Position numbers and translations under genes: made by a program | The notes under the pieces: model-generated | Databases searched by the model: none | What the model was told of the DNA's origin: nothing | What the model saw: the letters and a program-made list of their open reading frames with translations, nothing else | Assembly: GCA_963707955.1 (NCBI GenBank) | Contig: OY970176.1 | Span: 1,568,001-1,632,000, forward strand | DNA: 64,000 nucleotides | DNA from: Candidatus Bathyarchaeota archaeon | Lineage (GTDB): Archaea > Thermoproteota > Bathyarchaeia > Bathyarchaeales > Bathycorpusculaceae | Reading direction: 5' to 3' | Part shown: piece by piece, positions 61,381-64,000 of the stretch | How positions within the stretch are numbered: position 1 is the first letter of the stretch | How the letters are laid out: each line of letters starts with the position of its first letter

Positions 61381-63552
61381 CTACGCAACTGGCGTCGCAG
61401 GTTTCTGCACTTGTCTGGCCTGCTGCATAAAGCCCTTGTACCATTTCTCCATGTCAGGCGTTGTTGAAGGTCCGATGCGTTTCTTTGCCTCTTCGAAGTC
61501 TCTGATCGTGACTTCTTTCACATTCACGTCTCTTCTTAAAGCAATCATCGCCGCCTCACGGCAGAGGGCTTCTATGTCAGCGCCTGAATAGTTCCTTGAG
61601 TTGGATGCCAAAGCCTTCGCGTCCACATCTTTTGCCAACGGCATGTTCTTCGTGTAGATCTTGAAAATCTGGATCTTGCTCTCTTCATCAGGTTCAGGCA
61701 CGTATATCAGCCTGTCAAATCTTCCGGGACGGAGCACCGCTGGGTCTACCATGTCAGGCCTGTTCGTTGCAGCGATGACAACTATATCTTCCAGAGTGAC
61801 CATGCCGTCCATTTCAGTTAGAAGTTGGCTTATGACCCTTTCGCTGACACCGCTGTCGCCGAAACCCAGACCTCGGCGCGGCAGGAGAGAGTCAATTTCG
61901 TCGAAGAAGATCACTGCTGGAGCAGCCATCCTGGCTTTTCTGAAGACTTCTCTTATTGCCTTCTCTGATTCTCCAACCCATTTGGAGAAGATTTCGGGGC
62001 CTTTGATCGTTATAAAGTTAGCAGCGCTCTCAGTCGCCACAGCCTTCCCTAAAAGTGTCTTGCCGCAGCCTGGAGGTCCAATGAGCAGGATACCCTTAGG
62101 CGGTTTTATGCCGAGCCTACTGAAGATTTCAGGGTTATTCAGCGGCCATTCAACCGCTTCTTTGAGGTCCTCTTTGACTTCTCCGAGTCCCCCTATGTCA
62201 TCCCAGTGAACTGTGGGGATTTCTATGTACACTTCGCGCATGGCTGTCGGTGTTATCTCTTTGTACGCGTTGACGAAGTCTTCCATGGTCACTTCCATTT
62301 TCTCCAGCACGCTCGGAGGTATACGCTCTTCCTCAAGGTTTATCTGTGGCAAGTATCTGCGTAGTGACTTCATCGCTGTCTCTCTACCCAGAGCTGAAAG
62401 GTCAGCGCCAGTGTATCCATGGGTAATCTCAGACAGTTTCTTGAGGTCAACGCCTTCGGCCAGCGGCATTCCTCTAGTGTGGATCTGGATGATCTCGTAC
62501 CTTCCCGGCTTGTCGGGAACACCTATCTCGATCTCTCTGTCAAACCTGCCGGGTCTGCGAAGTGCTGGGTCAAGGGCGCTAGGCCTGTTTGTTGCGCCTA
62601 TCACTATCACGTTTCCTCTTCCAGACAGACCGTCCATGAGCGCAAGAAGCTGCGCGACCACGCGTCGTTCAACTTCCCCCGTGACTTCCTCTCGTTTAGG
62701 TGCAATAGCGTCCAGTTCATCGATGAAAATTATGCCTGGGGCGTTCTGCTGCGCCTGCTGAAAGATCTCCCTGAGCCTGGCTTCTGACTCTCCGTAGAAC
62801 TTGCTCATGATTTCGGGTCCGTTTATGGAGAAAAAGTTGGCTTCTGACTCGTTTGCCACAGCCCTAGCCAAAAGTGTCTTGCCGCAGCCTGGAGGTCCGT
62901 GGAGCAGAACACCTTTCGGAGGTTCTATTCCGAGTCTCTGGAAAAGTTCAGGGTGCCTCAAAGGAAGTTCAACCATTTCCCGTACCCTTTGGATCTCCTC
63001 ATGCAGTCCTCCAACGTCTTCATAAGTCGTCCTAGGCAGTCCTTTTCCTTCAGGTGCAGGTTCGTTGAGTATCGTGAGTTTTGTCTCTGCCGTGACTTTC
63101 ACTATCCCGTGTGGACGGGTTTTCGTGGTTGTGAACGGTATAGCATGCCCGAGCATCATCACGAGGGTCGTGTCCCCCTCTACAAGTGTCCTTTCCATCA
63201 AGCGGTTCTTCACAAAATTCGTGAAGTCCTCGTCAACGTTCAGTCTCATGTCGACTGGAGCAAGAGCGATGCTTAGTGCAGGCTTGACCTTGGCTGCCCG
63301 AACGATTACGTACTCGTTGATGGCTACTCCGGCGTTCTTGCGTGTGAACCCATCTATTCGTAGCAGGTCTCGGTTCTGGTCTTCGCTGTAGGCTGGCCAG
63401 GCTATGGCTGAGGTTGTTCTTTTGCCGCAGATCTCTACCACATCGCCGGCTGATATGCCAAGCTTCTGCATGGTTTTTTGGTCAATGCGGGCTATGCCCC
63501 TGCCTACGTCTCTCTGTCTTGCGTCTCCGACACGTAACTGTATCTCACTCAA
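61381..63552 (-). CDS. cdc48: CDC48/VAT AAA ATPase
   Basis: N domain plus two AAA modules ([17 protein letters not shown]). Confidence 0.97.
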   Translation of the reverse strand: MSEIQLRVGDARQRDVGRGIARIDQKTMQKLGISAGDVVEICGKRTTSAIAWPAYSEDQNRDLLRIDGFTRKNAGVAINEYVIVRAAKVKPALSIALAPVDMRLNVDEDFTNFVKNRLMERTLVEGDTTLVMMLGHAIPFTTTKTRPHGIVKVTAETKLTILNEPAPEGKGLPRTTYEDVGGLHEEIQRVREMVELPLRHPELFQRLGIEPPKGVLLHGPPGCGKTLLARAVANESEANFFSINGPEIMSKFYGESEARLREIFQQAQQNAPGIIFIDELDAIAPKREEVTGEVERRVVAQLLALMDGLSGRGNVIVIGATNRPSALDPALRRPGRFDREIEIGVPDKPGRYEIIQIHTRGMPLAEGVDLKKLSEITHGYTGADLSALGRETAMKSLRRYLPQINLEEERIPPSVLEKMEVTMEDFVNAYKEITPTAMREVYIEIPTVHWDDIGGLGEVKEDLKEAVEWPLNNPEIFSRLGIKPPKGILLIGPPGCGKTLLGKAVATESAANFITIKGPEIFSKWVGESEKAIREVFRKARMAAPAVIFFDEIDSLLPRRGLGFGDSGVSERVISQLLTEMDGMVTLEDIVVIAATNRPDMVDPAVLRPGRFDRLIYVPEPDEESKIQIFKIYTKNMPLAKDVDAKALASNSRNYSGADIEALCREAAMIALRRDVNVKEVTIRDFEEAKKRIGPSTTPDMEKWYKGFMQQARQVQKPATPVA

Positions 63553-63645
63553 GAAAAATCCTTCCCATAATGTGGTACGTTCGAAACAGAATGGTTTTCA
63601 GATATAAATGTATTGAGCATAAATGTTTTAAGCAACCGTTAGCGG

Positions 63646-63921
63646 CTACCTGCTCGTTCTTCTGACCATAAGGGTCGTTACCTGGCTTATGCCGTCTATG
63701 GTCTCAATCTTCTTCTCAAATTCTTCGAGCAGGCCAGTCTTGTCTTCTGGGAATTTGATTTGCACCAGAAGGGCCTTTAAACCGTAAGCAACGAGTTCCT
63801 CGCCATACCCGTGGACCGATGCAGACTCGGGCAGGTTGCTCTCAATCTTCTTCTTCATGGGACTGAAGTCTGAAATTATGTCGTTTGGAAAAATCTTGTA
63901 CGTGACGACTACAAAACCCAT
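63646..63921 (-). CDS. ef1b: Elongation factor 1-beta
   Basis: KIFP, EELVAYGLKAL. Confidence 0.9.
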   Translation of the reverse strand: MGFVVVTYKIFPNDIISDFSPMKKKIESNLPESASVHGYGEELVAYGLKALLVQIKFPEDKTGLLEEFEKKIETIDGISQVTTLMVRRTSR

Positions 63922-63944
63922 TTTGAAGTCTCCTCTTCATCATT

Positions 63945-64000
63945 CTATGGGCCGATGAAACCGCATTTTGGACATTTGTACGGGCGTCCGAACTTTCTGC
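63945..64000 (-). CDS. Zinc-ribbon (DUF1610-like) protein, 3' end only
   Basis: ..RKFGRPYKCPKCGFIGP*; usual neighbour of EF-1beta. Confidence 0.8.
   Translation of the reverse strand, partial: RKFGRPYKCPKCGFIGP

Noticed and set aside
62051-62898. Identical 29-bp sequence at 62051-79 and 62870-98
   Set aside because: Encodes the two Walker A motifs of CDC48; explained by internal domain duplication

Overview
Archaeal chromosomal segment, most consistent with Bathyarchaeia (TACK). Evidence: archaeal information genes (TFB, Alba, rpl7ae/rps28e/rpl24e/rpl40e, EF-1beta, CDC48, archaeal Mat), a Cren7-like zinc ribbon, an Ftr paralogue, many TTG/GTG starts and intron-containing tRNA. About 1-24 kb is accessory/metal-homeostasis DNA: GT4 plus HTH-HAD, an AT-rich islet with RHH and PIN-like genes, TldD/TldE, DtxR-FeoA/FeoB with twin operators, CDF-dimer repeats and MgtA. 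About 24-38 kb holds purine genes. About 38-64 kb is core housekeeping. Best candidate for an undescribed system: a translationally coupled HAD / Ftr-paralogue / PfkB kinase trio (EhaR/S/T-like) directly behind purF-purD. The window has purine steps 1, 2, 4 and 5 but no PurN/PurT, suggesting a C1-carrier-dependent GAR formylation route. Also notable: a ~330-nt highly base-paired intergenic element next to purQ, a two-intron initiator tRNA, and four +1 frameshifts, two in an identical GAGACTG context. All product calls come from motif recognition by eye; no database searches were run.
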